DNA of 64,000 bases, taken from Botryllus schlosseri (taxonomy: Eukaryota). The notes beneath the pieces were generated by a model. It was not told the origin of the DNA, did no database searches, and saw only the letters and a program-made list of their open reading frames with translations. The position numbers and the translations under genes are program-made. The stretch spans positions 9,672,001 through 9,736,000 of the forward strand of contig CM119373.1 in NCBI GenBank assembly GCA_051294905.1, read 5' to 3'. How positions within the stretch are numbered: position 1 is the first letter of the stretch; every line of letters starts with the position of its first letter. Shown piece by piece: positions 26,901-40,600 of this stretch.

Positions 26901-28586
26901 ACTCGAATACGAATGAAAACTAATAGTAATGAGGGCGTGATGATTTCGTCGGGTATCGAAAATTATGCGCTCTTTGCCACCAACTGTTATTTCAGGGGCG
27001 GGCAACATAAGACCCGCAGAGAGTTTCTGCCCTAAAAGTGAGATTCGAATCGGAAAGTAGTGAACAATTATGGCGTCACAGAATGAATCCAAGTTTGCAA
27101 ACCTGAGAAAGTTGGTCATAAAAATACTTGTTGTGTTCGGGTCTACATACATTTACGAGCAAACATTTTCGACCATGATCATTAACAAGACAAGGCTACG
27201 TTCCAATATAACTGATGTTCACGTGTAGTCTAAGGGTTTATACCCGACATGCAGTCAGAGTTGAAAGAACTTATTGACAACATTGATCGACCACAGAAGT
27301 CTCCTTGACTTCAACAGCTATTGAAATACATAACATTCATCAATTCATTAAACACAGTTTTGGTATCTATGCTTTAAACTTTGATATACATGAACGCTAT
27401 TCCAAAATAACTTCAAGATTAGCTGCTAGGTTGAAATGACCAGGCTGGCCGTTATATTGGTCCATGCATGTGTCGACTTGCGATCATAGTCAAAGGTGTC
27501 GTCAGAAGCGTTACGAGTTGTTATTACATTGGCCGCAACTTATACTTGTGGATATGTATTTTCGGCACCCGTTCCTATCAAATCGACGGCGCGGAGTTTC
27601 AAGACATGATCCGCGTATTTCAAGAAAGGCAGCTACAGTTAATATTTGCACAAGATGGATGGAGGTTGCACGATAATAGAGCTAAATTTGAACTAAAACT
27701 TGGAGGTCCGCGGGGTCCGTGACGGTTAAGAGAGTGTCCGTTAAGACAAAAAGGTTGAGAACCACTGGCCCAGTACTTAAAGTGTCGAAATGAAAGCGTC
27801 ATTTGTCCTGTATGCGCAATAGAAAACTTGGTACGTGTATTTGCTGGAAATATCACCTTGTGACTTGGAAGAAATGGAAATACTTGAGAAACTAGGCTTA
27901 TTCATTTAGTTTTATGTGCTCTACGTATCCTCATCTACAAGACCCACATCGACGCCAAGTTCCGACTGGTGTTGTATGCGAGGTTAAGCTACAGTCTTAT
28001 CCTTGCTCGTCAATCTCACCAATAGCAATATCTGAATAAATTCATTCTCCCTTACGAGGTAACTTCGAGTATGCGAATCCTGCACTTGCAACATCAGCTC
28101 ATCCACTATTTGGTCTTGTTGTGACGCACTCAAATCCAGGATACCCGAGCCAACGAAGAGTACTCTGTCCTTGATGAAGATAATTATGGCGCGCAACATG
28201 AACGACGCAAATAGATGCAGGTGAATGTAGTTTCTTGTACAGTGAAGCTTTCTGTAATAAATAAACACAGACGATGTAGGGGTAAAGTCGGCGGGCCATG
28301 CAGCAAGTCAGAAAAGTTTCCTCTTTTCCAAATTAAATTCTAATTCGAAATATAGTTACACATTATTTCCAAATTAGACTAGAATTAGAATCCCGGGATA
28401 CGCAAAAACTGGGATGCTGAATGAAGTTAGGCTCATACCAAATCAAAGTTCATTCGAATAAGCATGACAATGGCAAATGTCTGTACAGCAAGTTCGGCTC
28501 GCTGCGAACCATACAGTTCTCCTGTAGTCTTTACAGGTAACGCATATAATAGATTAGAAATAAAGCCACGGAACCAGTGGCATAGC

Positions 28587-28643
<57 letters not shown>

Positions 28644-31600
28644 TGGTGTTCTTTTTCGCCTGCACCATCGAGATGCTTTGACGGCGGAGATGCGAAACGG
28701 CCTTATAGCAAGGTCATCTAGTCTGCACCCCCGTTTTGTTCTCCTCCATGCTATCCGTGATTGCTGAGCGCCCAGCAGGATAGCCGCGGATACTGGTTTT
28801 CGAGTCTTTGATCTGACCCGGTCGTGGATCTAACTCACGACCTACCTATCAAGAAGCCGGACGCATCACCGTTTCACTATCTCGCTCGGTAGGGGCGGAA
28901 GGCTGCAAGGGGCGGCAAAATGAGGCTTCAGAGTGCACACAGCAGGGATAGATGGCTATAATCACGAGCTGATTTGTTCCAACTTACGATTTTTAAGATA
29001 TTATCGCTGATTTTGTATCGGCGAAAACTACAATACTTCAATTTTTAAGGCGGCAATTGATCTGTTATTTATACCTAACACATTGGTTCTCCATTTTTGT
29101 CTTCTCTTTTTGGCCTTAACGCTGAGACTGTGAGGGTTCATTCTCAAGCAATATAAAATTTCTGAGATGTATCCCATTATTTGTAATCATTTTTATTGAA
29201 AAGATTGCTTGAACATGAAAGTATTTCAAAACTTGATGCAATCTGTTTATGGTCGCATCTTCAACGGAAGCCAGGGGCGGCAGCATATGCTCCACGCCAC
29301 TACACGGAACATTTCACAAACAGAATATAATTAGATTAGCGGCATTTCGCTCCAATTAGACCGCTCTAGTTGTGCAAGTCTGGTACTGTCGCCTATGATG
29401 TGGATTGTGCAGTGTATAAACCAGAACAAAATCGCCCCGACTGTACAATGAAAAGATACGACAGAATTAGCTGCATGAAGATAAATGACATCCACACTGC
29501 GTATGCCACAATACAAACATAGTTTACACTTCAGGAGTAGATTCTCGGATAGGCCCCGACATTCTATATTTAAAAATGACAGGATAATTCTCTGGGGAAG
29601 TACGTTTGCAATGACGGAAGACGTCTGCGGAGTTCAATGCCACTATACTCCACTGGAAGGCGCGCCCATATAGGAAATTCACTGCAGTCTTCATAATTAA
29701 GATCATCTGATTAATGCAGGTGATGAAGGGATTCTGTGGTTATGAATCTTCATCAATCTCGGGTGATAGGCCACACATTGTTAGGGTTGCATTTAAAACA
29801 AATATCAATTTAAAACAAACATGTTTTAAACATTGCCCTTGTTTAAATCACATTTTTTTGTTTGTTTGTTTGTTTTCAGCCATGACGTCACCAATCTTTA
29901 ATTGTGACCTCACACTTGATTGCCACTGACAATTGAAAATATAGGGTATATATGGCTTCATCGATGAAAAGGGCTTCCGACCACTGTCATAAACAGACCA
30001 AAAAAATCTTCAACAAGGACTGTATCGCAATGCAGCATTTTTACGGTCTACTGTCATCATCATCAGAACACCCATTTCGTGCAAGTGGTCTCTATATCTT
30101 CTTGCTATAACTGTTGAACCAACGACGATTTCGAGGGTTCCAGCCACTCCATATCGTATACATCGACTATATTGGGTGCAATTCGTCCGTAGGCTCTTAC
30201 TGCATGTTTTTTGGAAGAATTTAAACAATTATGGCGTGATTATACGTTTGAAACAAAAATTGAAAGGAATTTGTTTAAAACACTCTTGAAAACACGTTTT
30301 AAGCAGAGTGTATTTAAACACCGCTTGTTTTAAATTTAACCCTAGATATAGTCGTGTAACACCTATATAGTGGACAGAATGTCAATATTTCGGAAAGAGT
30401 AAAAGAATTAGATCACAAAAGTTGCGATATGAGACCTGTGAAATTCGAAACAGTCTGACCCGGCATAAGTGAATAATTTGAATCGGCGAAAAGTGATCAT
30501 ATACCTAATCCCATAATTCGACGATAATACAGCTACTGATTAGGCCTATATAAGCAGCTCAACAATGCTTATCTGCGATTTATCCTTTGAGATTTAACAG
30601 AATGATTACAATATGTGTCAATTGAGAATAACGTCACTATTTACAGTCATTAAATCGGATGGAAGCGCAACACAGCAATAACGTATTCCAACTAGTTTAT
30701 ACAGATCAATATACGTTGCGAAGTTATCATAGACCGTGAAATTGCCACCGCTAATACTAAAGCTATGTAAGTGAGCCCTTCTTCGCGTGAGGATAGTTTT
30801 AATGCTTATATGTTTGCAATGTTATCTTCAATAAGTTGCATTGATATTTTTCACATTATAATTTAGAGATTTCAACAAATTTTCTAAAATACTGTCGTAC
30901 ACAGATTTGGGTGCAAAATTTAAACAAAAAAGCCTTACACGTGGTCACAGGAGTAAATCTAATATGGCCACGACAATTTCAGTGCGATTCTATAGTACAA
31001 AACCCATTTACAAAGCACGTTAGATTTGAATGATTTGTCTTTCACCATTTATGTATTCCTTCATGATGACACTACGTAATGAAACTTTCGCTAACAATAT
31101 ATTTATTTTGCGTGGATGTGATGTTTAAAAATATGTATTCTATATTGAAGCGAATATCAGTAAAAGCGCGAATCGACAGAACAAGGTGACAGTCACGTTC
31201 CCTTTAAAATAACACTATGCACACATAAATATGTTCCATCAGCATTCACGTTCAATACCTAAACTAGCAAAATGTTACATTGAGCCACATTCTAACACTG
31301 TAACGGCATGTATACAGTCTTAAGAATAGATATCCCCATATTGCATATAGTACATTTCTCAGTCGAACTAAATGAACCGATACATTGCTTACGGGTCAAG
31401 CGCGAGCGGAAATGGTCGCGCTTTTATTGCTTTGACAAGACAATTATTACTATTAGCCAAGGGGGTACTGGTATAATGTGATAATATATTTTCACCGCAT
31501 ATAAGATTAGGAATTTTGATCTAGCTAGAAGGAAGGGTTAACAGTCGATGTGGTCAGGATATATCATTTAAAGGTGCATATTTAAAAATGCATTTCGGTG

Positions 31601-34600
31601 GTAAATGCGGCAGGCGGTTGGCTCAGATTTCATGTTCCACGATTTTAATATCGTTTATGTAACGTTAAATAAAGGATTATTTATGTTAAGCATAACATTT
31701 GTCGATAATGTAGCTAGCGTATACGGGCTTCTATGGTTCGCCACCACGCTGATACCATAACACATAGTTATACATAAGAACTCTGATATGTCAGTGACCG
31801 ATGGTCCACGAAAATTCAAACGTCACGATGAACCAATGGTTTCAATTTACTTGCTGAACAGTACAAACTCGGGCGCGTATATTCATCCGAGCCCGGCGCA
31901 GTCGTTACCATCAACAGTCTAATCAGGGGCGGGCAACATACGGCCCGTGACGGGATTTTGAGCGGCACGCAGAGAGTTTGTTCCCTGGAAGTGAAATTCT
32001 AATCTGAAAGTGTTGACAATTATTATGCGTCACAGAATGAATCCGAGTTTGCCAACCTGAGAAAGATGATCATGAATATACTTGTTCTGTTGGGATCTAC
32101 GTACATTTGCGAGCAAATATTTTCGACAATGAACATAAATTAGACAAGGGTACGTTCCAATATTACTGATCTTCACGAGCAGTCTTCACTAAGGGTTGCT
32201 ACATCCTATATGCATCCAAAGTTCTAAGAACTTTTGGACAACTTTCATCGAACTCAGATGGCTGATTGACTATACAACAGCTATTGAAGAACATCAGGGC
32301 AATAAATTCACGAAATATTGTTTCTCGTGTCGTGCTGTAAACTTGAAGTTTACATTAAATACGGTTTATTCCTTGTATATGTGGATAAATTATAAATAGG
32401 GATTATTGTATCGATTCTGCGATCCGCTCCGCCGAGTACTACATTTTCTCACATCTATAACCCGCTGATCGAAGAAGTTGCCCGTCCCTGAGTAAGAGCG
32501 TTCGGAAACCGGAGGAAGTCTACATGCGGATTTCGAAAATCGAAACGCCTGAATTTGCGGCAACTTATCTCGGAGAGAAGCAACGATGATATGTAAACAA
32601 GGCACTGCGTGTGAGCGAGTGTAAACGCCCATTTGTGCTTAATAACAGACGGCGTACAGTCACGTTGTGGAAATTTCAATATCGACATACGTGACTAATA
32701 ATGCTGCAACAAGGCCCGAGCGTTGATTTATTGCCAATATATATAAATCTAATGCTGACATGCAATGAATTTTGCAACGTAAAAACGATATTAAATAATT
32801 GAATCCAAAGCAGAGCTATTATATTCCCGCTATTCAAGCCACAAGAAACGCTTGAAGAGGGCATTAAGGTAAATGCTGTAATAGGACGTAAGGTAAATAG
32901 CGCGGATATTTATAGATTTGCTTCCTTCGGGGACGGGATCAGAAAGTCTGCATCGCATGAATTATGTATGCAATATGTCAACAGATCCTCGATATTTTCC
33001 TGGAATCGCCCTGCCGATAAAGGGATTATCTTTGAATATTGCTGAATATTGCCTATGACTGTCATCCCAGTGTGGAAGTAATTTGATCGCAAATTTCTTA
33101 GCTTGGCAGAGTATAAAACTGTATTTTGGTGCCTGGCATGGTGGGGCGGAAGACAATATCCGTATTACGTCAATTATTCTGCCCCGCAACAAATTACTTG
33201 CTCGTATCTGTGTAACCCCACAAATAACATGACAGCACATTTTTGAAAGCCGACGAAAATATGCAAATTTTATGTGCTTCAGTGATGTGGGTCGATCGCG
33301 TACAATGCAGGATACAGATGTGTCGAATACGGTCCAATGTACTGGGTCACACTTCCCGGAGAAAGGTAACGTGCGTAAGCGAATCGCCTTCGCCATAAAT
33401 AATTGACACTGATAACAGGGAATATCATAGTCATTCGTGACGCAATTCGACTCGTGGCGAAAATCTTGAGGAATAGACGCGTTACCCAGGACCAGCGTCA
33501 GAATACTGAACTGAATCGTGTCGATAAAATGGCGCAAAAGAGCGGTTTATGTAGCTATAAAGCGTGAAATTTGGTCGTAACTTTGTAAGATCAACACTCG
33601 AAGACTAGAATTGTGCATGATTTTGAACACCCTGTTTTTTAAATGTGCTGCCAGAGCAAGAAGCTAACTGGTTTAATCTTCAAAATTTCCAACTCACATT
33701 TCATATAGTTCCGGAACAGAACAGGATTCGGAAGTTCTATTCTATACAGACAGATACATGGATTAGCGTTTCGGTCGCAATGGCTGAGAGCATGATGACA
33801 ACGCATACGTAATCATGAATATTATCATTTTATTACAATATTAATCGCAATTACATCGCTGAACTGCGCGAATAAAAAGGATTTTACAATTCAGGAGTGC
33901 CCGGCTTCTAGGTCTATGTGTCGTGGGTTCAATCCCCAGTTCATTTAGACCAGAGGTTCTCAACCTGGGGGGCGCGCCCCTCTTGGAGGGGCGTGAAACA
34001 TCTGAAGGGGGGCGCGAAGAAGCGGTCACCTGAAAAAAATTTTGCTAGAATCCCAGTATAGCCCCAATTTCATATTTTTATTCTCTAATCAACATTCATA
34101 ACCGTCCATACCACCAAACAATCTGTTGGGGTTGCTAGAATCCCAGTTGGGTTTTGTGATGTGACGATAAGGGGGGCGCGAAATTTTTCACTATTAAAAA
34201 GGTGGGCGTGTCTTAAAAAAGGTTGAGAACCTCTGATTTAGACCAAGGACCTGATCAGTATAACTGGTATATGTTTCTTCCCCGCTTGACGGTCACGATG
34301 GTGATGCGAGATTTAGAAAGCGTTACAAGACAATGTCTCCGGCTTCATTGTCCAGCGTACATGTACCACTCATGACATGCATATACACATACCCAGATAG
34401 TATGGATGTATATAATGAGTCGGTGCATATGCCGCAAAACACCAAGGACAAAAATATAAAACGTCCTATTCATATATTAAGACAAGCATATCGATTGCAC
34501 TTGACACTCAAATGCGGGTCAGAGTTTTTAAATGGAAGTTCAGGATTGATGGCGACAATCGATCAAGCTTTGATAAATCCCCAATCCAAATCACACTTTT

Positions 34601-37600
34601 CAACGGTGACGGTTCCTCGCACCCAAGGGCACTGGAATCGAGCGCGACGCAAATCGATGACATATCACCCTACCCCAGTTCGTCCTGTATAATCCACAAT
34701 GCTTAGTAATGTGAGTTATCCGACCGTTAGCGGAATCGCGATTACCCTTATTATACACGGAGACTTATAAGAGCGATAAAATGATGGCTGGTGGATCTCT
34801 TCTCGGGATTTAGAACTACTATCTTCGAGTAGACACAAATTGCAATTAGGATGGACGCACATTTCGCGAAAGAATAAGGGTCTTCAGGACCTGATAAGAG
34901 CAATAGTGGACATGTTCATTTGACGGTGAATAATAAATATAGACCTCTATCCAACTCTGATATAGGGCTATACCTTTGAATTCACCGGCGCAACTACACA
35001 CGCAAACACAAAGTAACAAATTTCGGCCCGAACGGCGCACAGCTACGCTCGACTAATACATAACAACACTACTAGGAGATTCAGCGTGGCGGGCTCGAGT
35101 CACATTTTGACCAAGGGAAGTATACAATGGACGGGGAATCTGCGAAAAACCAGCAAACTAAATTATGACCGAAACATTACTTGCACAGGTCGCACCGCCA
35201 ATATACTATTATATAAGTATGATGGTTTGAGTTAAGGTCCGGCGTCGGATGACTTGTTAATTCGAATGCCGAATATATTTATACTAGCTATCGTCGATAA
35301 GACTGACAGAAGGGCACGGCGAAGGGCTAGGCATAGCGCACAGTAACATCAGCTTGTGTATCTAACATGATTTGTGTACACTGGACGTGTACATTCTGCC
35401 TACCGGCAGCGAGTTTAGCCAACAGCAGAGAAGTATGTACGTTAGGGTAAAAAAAATGATAGCTAGCATATAATAAGCTCCAGGGAAATCATTGGCAAGA
35501 CGCGTACATCCGACGTATGCTAAAAATAGAGTTACAACATAACGTCACTCTTTGTACCTCATATACACCACATGCTGATGGAATAATATATAAAAGGATG
35601 CTAATTAGGCTGCAGTAAGAAACGTATACGCAGAGTTCCGCGAATTTATTTCGATCATCAGTGCACCTGCTGCCTCATCACCAAAACATAACTGACCCAT
35701 TACGAAGAGAAAATCTATGACATTCCTCAGTCGCAAGTGCTTGCCAGTTTACTCTGCACTCCTGCAGTGTGTGTAAATATGTGCAAATGAAAATACTGTC
35801 TCGTACACAGCTGAAGGAATTATTCCGAGCTATCAGTAGGTGACATCTTAGAATACTCACCGAAAATACGCCAAGATGAAAGTTGCGAATGTCAAGGCCA
35901 CCAAAGTGCAAGCGTATCCGACCGTGTACAGCTGCACTAGCCTTTTCATATTAGGCTGCAAAATAACAAGGAAATGTGTTAATCAAAGCCGCCAGAACAT
36001 TTTATGATATGTAAATTGCCTCCAAATGGTATAGCTAATCAGAACCATAAATCAGCCCCGGCCTGGATCGAATTGGCCAATTTTGATTGCCCCGATTCGA
36101 ATATTTATGCAAGCAACGGAATCACTGCCGATTCTTGCGAGTTCGTTAAAGAAATAATATGAATTTATAACAAATAGGGTTGTTGTAAGAGTATTGTATG
36201 CGAAAAGCGGGACAGATTACTACACTCTTTGAAGCATTATTAAGAAACACGTAAGTCATGCATTTACCGCAAGCAATGACGCAGCAGTACACATAATTCA
36301 AGCAGATCATTCCGAAATGAAATGAAACAAGATTTTGGTTTGCGATGGCATTGATATGAGACCCGCATGTTGTCCAAGTAGAGACATTGCAAAATGGCGT
36401 GTATGCTATTAATGTGGGCACGAGTTTTTCTCAATGTATAGCAATATTGTTGGCGTATAGAATAAAGTATATATAATACACATTGAAGACTGTTCGCTCA
36501 TTTGCGTTAGAAGCGGTGGATAAAAATAATTATACTCTCCATTATTTTACGATGTTGAACGCCCCTGGTTTTATTTCTGGACACATCCATTCTTTCAATT
36601 CACAAATTTCTGGATGTGGATTTGGAATGATTTAATGTTTACCAATTAAACTGCCTGTATCCCGGAACAAGCTAATGATTGTGCTATTGTACTCGCGTAG
36701 TTTCGAATATTAGAATATGTATGGAAAGAGATTACGTTTGATGGAAAGTGCTCAAGGCCTAATTACTGAACAGGCGAACATATAAGCAATTATTCAAAAA
36801 ACAAATATTGGCTCTTCTATGTTGGCCACTTGATGGGGTTTCATTTGTTCTAGCTATAGATCGTTTGCATATACAGCGTTAACGATCGAACGCATGTGAT
36901 TATCGACATTTCAAGCTTAGTGAAACGCAAGGTCGTCACACTCACGGTCCCGTGTTTCAAGTTATTCAACAATTCATCTTCCGACGGGATCATGGAATGA
37001 CACGCTGCATAATAAGTCCACGTCTTGTTCATTTCTTGACTAAAATGCCACTGGCCGGTTTCCGTGCAATGTCTCTGTGCTACAGCTATACAGGCGGAAG
37101 GTTAATGCAACCGGTTACATAGGATTAGATGCAATGAAGTATTGTGAAGTGAGATCGATGCAGGCGTGAGGTTATAGAGAAAAAATGAGTCAAACAGTGT
37201 GCACCATATTTACGTGAGTCCGTTTGCAGTTCCCCATCCAATGCGGTAACAAAGTCGTCCGACGCGTCATACCAAAACGAAAAATTCATGGCACCACATG
37301 AGATTTTCGGAATTTTAACGATAAGCGGATAGCACATAATGCAAATAAGGGATATATATGCTTGCACGCAAGAAATTTTATGAACGTTCCACACCCAAAC
37401 CATTCAGATAGGTTAGATGAGTGCGTTTGGATACCAATCAAATAGAAAATCGTAAATCCTGCATTGTAAGATGAGACGTCTGTGTTTGTAGCTATATAAA
37501 TAATTAATGGCCCGCCTTTCAGTTTAGTGTGACAGTAACCTTCGGCGTTTGGTGGGTTACGGAATTGATACGTTATCAATCTCGATAATCTGGATTACTT

Positions 37601-40600
37601 GCGCGTTTCCCTAAGCTCCACTACATGGAGGACTATTTCAATACTGGTGTGAAATGACCATTGATGTCGAAATACCATGAATGCTGCAACCCCGATACTT
37701 AACATGTCATATCTTTGGGCATAAAGATGACTCGATGATAGATGATCTTTATATTTCAAATAGCCTGCAATAAGTCGTATGTATCATTATTGCCATTTAT
37801 GGTTTGGTTCAGTATACGCATTGCGGTTTCGGTGATACCACTGTGTACACACTCCGTATAGCCACTAACCATGGCAAAAGTCACAACGCGATCGAGTGCA
37901 TCATAAAAGTTTGTTTTTGGAATTCATAGTGTTTTTCGACTACGGTGGTCATTTACACCATGTCATGCAATTTTCTTCATTATTAATCCGTAGCTGCCGA
38001 CTTGTAGCACGGCCCACTTCTAGGCTTTTACAAGACAGCGCTTATACACGGAACATACGTCTGACAAGAGTTGACAAGATTACGCGCAAATTTGTTATTT
38101 TCAGCGCAACGTGAATGTAAAACTGACATAAAATTAAATATTAAATCATCCAAACTGGCGACTGCAAGCGATGTATTGGGCTGATTACAGTGATTCCGCT
38201 CGACAATATTTCCCAAGAGAAATTTGTCAGACGGAGCGGGGCGGCGCGTAATAAATTTCTACGGGGCAGCCGAAATATAATTTGGTCTCTGCCGAAGCAC
38301 GTGGCTTGTTACTGACATCTGATGAAATTTCAAAATTCGACCTTGAGATACCAAAGGACAGTCGTTTTAAACCGGTGGGCAATGCACCACTGATGGATAG
38401 AACTCGGAGATAATGGTTAGGGCTGAGCCAAATAGGGTATCTAACAGATTCTGCATAGGGTATACGTGAATCATCCATTATACAAGAGGTTCTCTCATGA
38501 ACAGCCGTAACTTACATGTCATAAAACTAACTGTTGGGGTTGCTAGCATTCCGGTTGCACTTTGTGATATGATGATAAGCCGGCGCGAAATCTTTCCCTA
38601 TTATAAAGGGGGCTTGTCTAAAAAAGTTTGAGAACCACAGCATTACAACATCGTACATATTGTATCTTACAAAGTATACACCTGGTCACGTGATTGAATA
38701 CAGGACAAAAACATCATAGTCCAACTCCAACTTGAATCTGGATCAAAGGTCCCTAATCCATTTCCAATGACTAATCCAACCCCATTCTTATGTCTGTGGT
38801 TCGTTCAAGACTTTACTAATTTAGTTATAATATTCATATTCATAATTAAATCATATTTCCGATCCATATGTTGTATTGTGAGTAATAACTAGGGCAATTT
38901 TTGCAACTTTTGCAACTTTTTTTTACGGCTTCCGGCAGCTTCCTAAATACTCGGAAGATATGTAGAATGTTGTTTTAAGCTGCTTGAAGGAATCTTACAG
39001 TGCAACTTTTTGCAACTTTTGTCCATTTTTTTTCATGCAACTTTTTGAAACATTTTGCAACTTTTTCGATATTTCATGAAAGTATTTTTGATTTTGGTGA
39101 AATACACGACCGAATTCGACTGAAATACCGTGAATCAGCACTAAAGCAACGCTCCTACGGGTATTTCGGGAGCTGAGCAGGAAAGTTGACCTTTTTATTT
39201 TTTAGTCAAACTGGGAAGCTGATCTTTTTTTTAGCCAACCGAGCAAAATGCTGGTCTTTTAGTGAAACTTTTGTGAAAAAATAAATGCAACTTTCCACGG
39301 ATTTAACTGCAACAAAAACTTGCCCTAGTAATAACCCTACACTATTAATTGAATAATTATTCCGCGGATACATGAATCGATGAAAAAGCAGATCACAATA
39401 TTGATTCTGTTCACCGATTTATTTTTAGTTACATTCACGGGTATCGTTAGATCTGCTCCACAAAACAAAGATCACATATACTATTGGGAAGGATGTGCAG
39501 TCAAAAGCGTATATGCACAATAACAAAATAGCTGGGTAATGAAAATTTTGATTTAGAAATTGATATAATCGCACCGTGATGTAACGAGCGAAAGATAGGC
39601 CTACGTCAAGAGGACGTTGATCCAAAGGTTGAAGGACAGGTACGCATTTTGATCCTTCTGTAGCCATGGCTCCGTCGTTAGGTTTAATGCATTGTCAGAT
39701 GCGCCACCTGACTCCGTATTTACGGACCGAAAGCGGTGTAAGACAAAACTAATAGAATGTGCAATGTGCATCCATAACATGTCTGCGCTGGGTGACGTCC
39801 CTGATAAAACGTCGTTACAACGCCCGAATGCAATATAGAGAGAAAGAACTATATCTGGCAGTCCAAGTTAGCAATAAGATAGCTGTTACCGAGTGCGTGG
39901 CAGGCCAGAATTGCGTCCAATCTTGTAATTCATTTCAATGACCATCATATCGGACAGACTCAGCAGTTAATAGAGCGTGTCAATAAACATCAGGATGTAC
40001 CAATGACGGATTAGGCCCTAGCTGGCGTGCAGTATTTGACACCTTATCTGCCGAGGCGGCAGTTTAGTCAGGATATTATTTTCGTAATATGGTACAATTA
40101 CAACTTTGCCCGGGATGTGTTCTCGTGTCGCTGTGTTAGCTTACAGTTCATTCGTTACCATTTGCTGCCGAGTTCACGAGATTTAACAATATCACGCCCT
40201 CGCGCAGTCCGTCCAAAAGTGGAACACTCTTACCTACGGTACCCGTCATTTACCAAAAACTCATTCGGAATAATATAAGTCGATTCGTGTCAATTCTAAC
40301 GTTCTAAAATCACGGCAGCGGAAGAGATCTAGCGGTTCGGTGCAGGTTTACACGCCAGTGATCGGTTACCCATTAATCACTATGCTGTGCTCAATCGCCA
40401 AAGCTATCTAACATCATATTCCAAGCATAAGACTCCCGCTAAAACGCACTATAATTACACACGCTAAACAAACAAACAAGACACGATACCTCAAATATGT
40501 AGAACATTAAGACAACAAAACATCAAACCAACACCTGGTTTCAGTTGAGGATAAGCAAAACGAGGCAGAACACCGCAGTATCAAGCAAGCATTACAAAAA

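Noticed and set aside
32962-33537. Longest ORF in the track (191 aa, minus) as a gene or receptor exon
   Set aside because: No recognisable motif. The GKCDPVHW stretch only superficially resembles the ECD, and the true exon is at 36946-37085. The receptor frame is complete without it.
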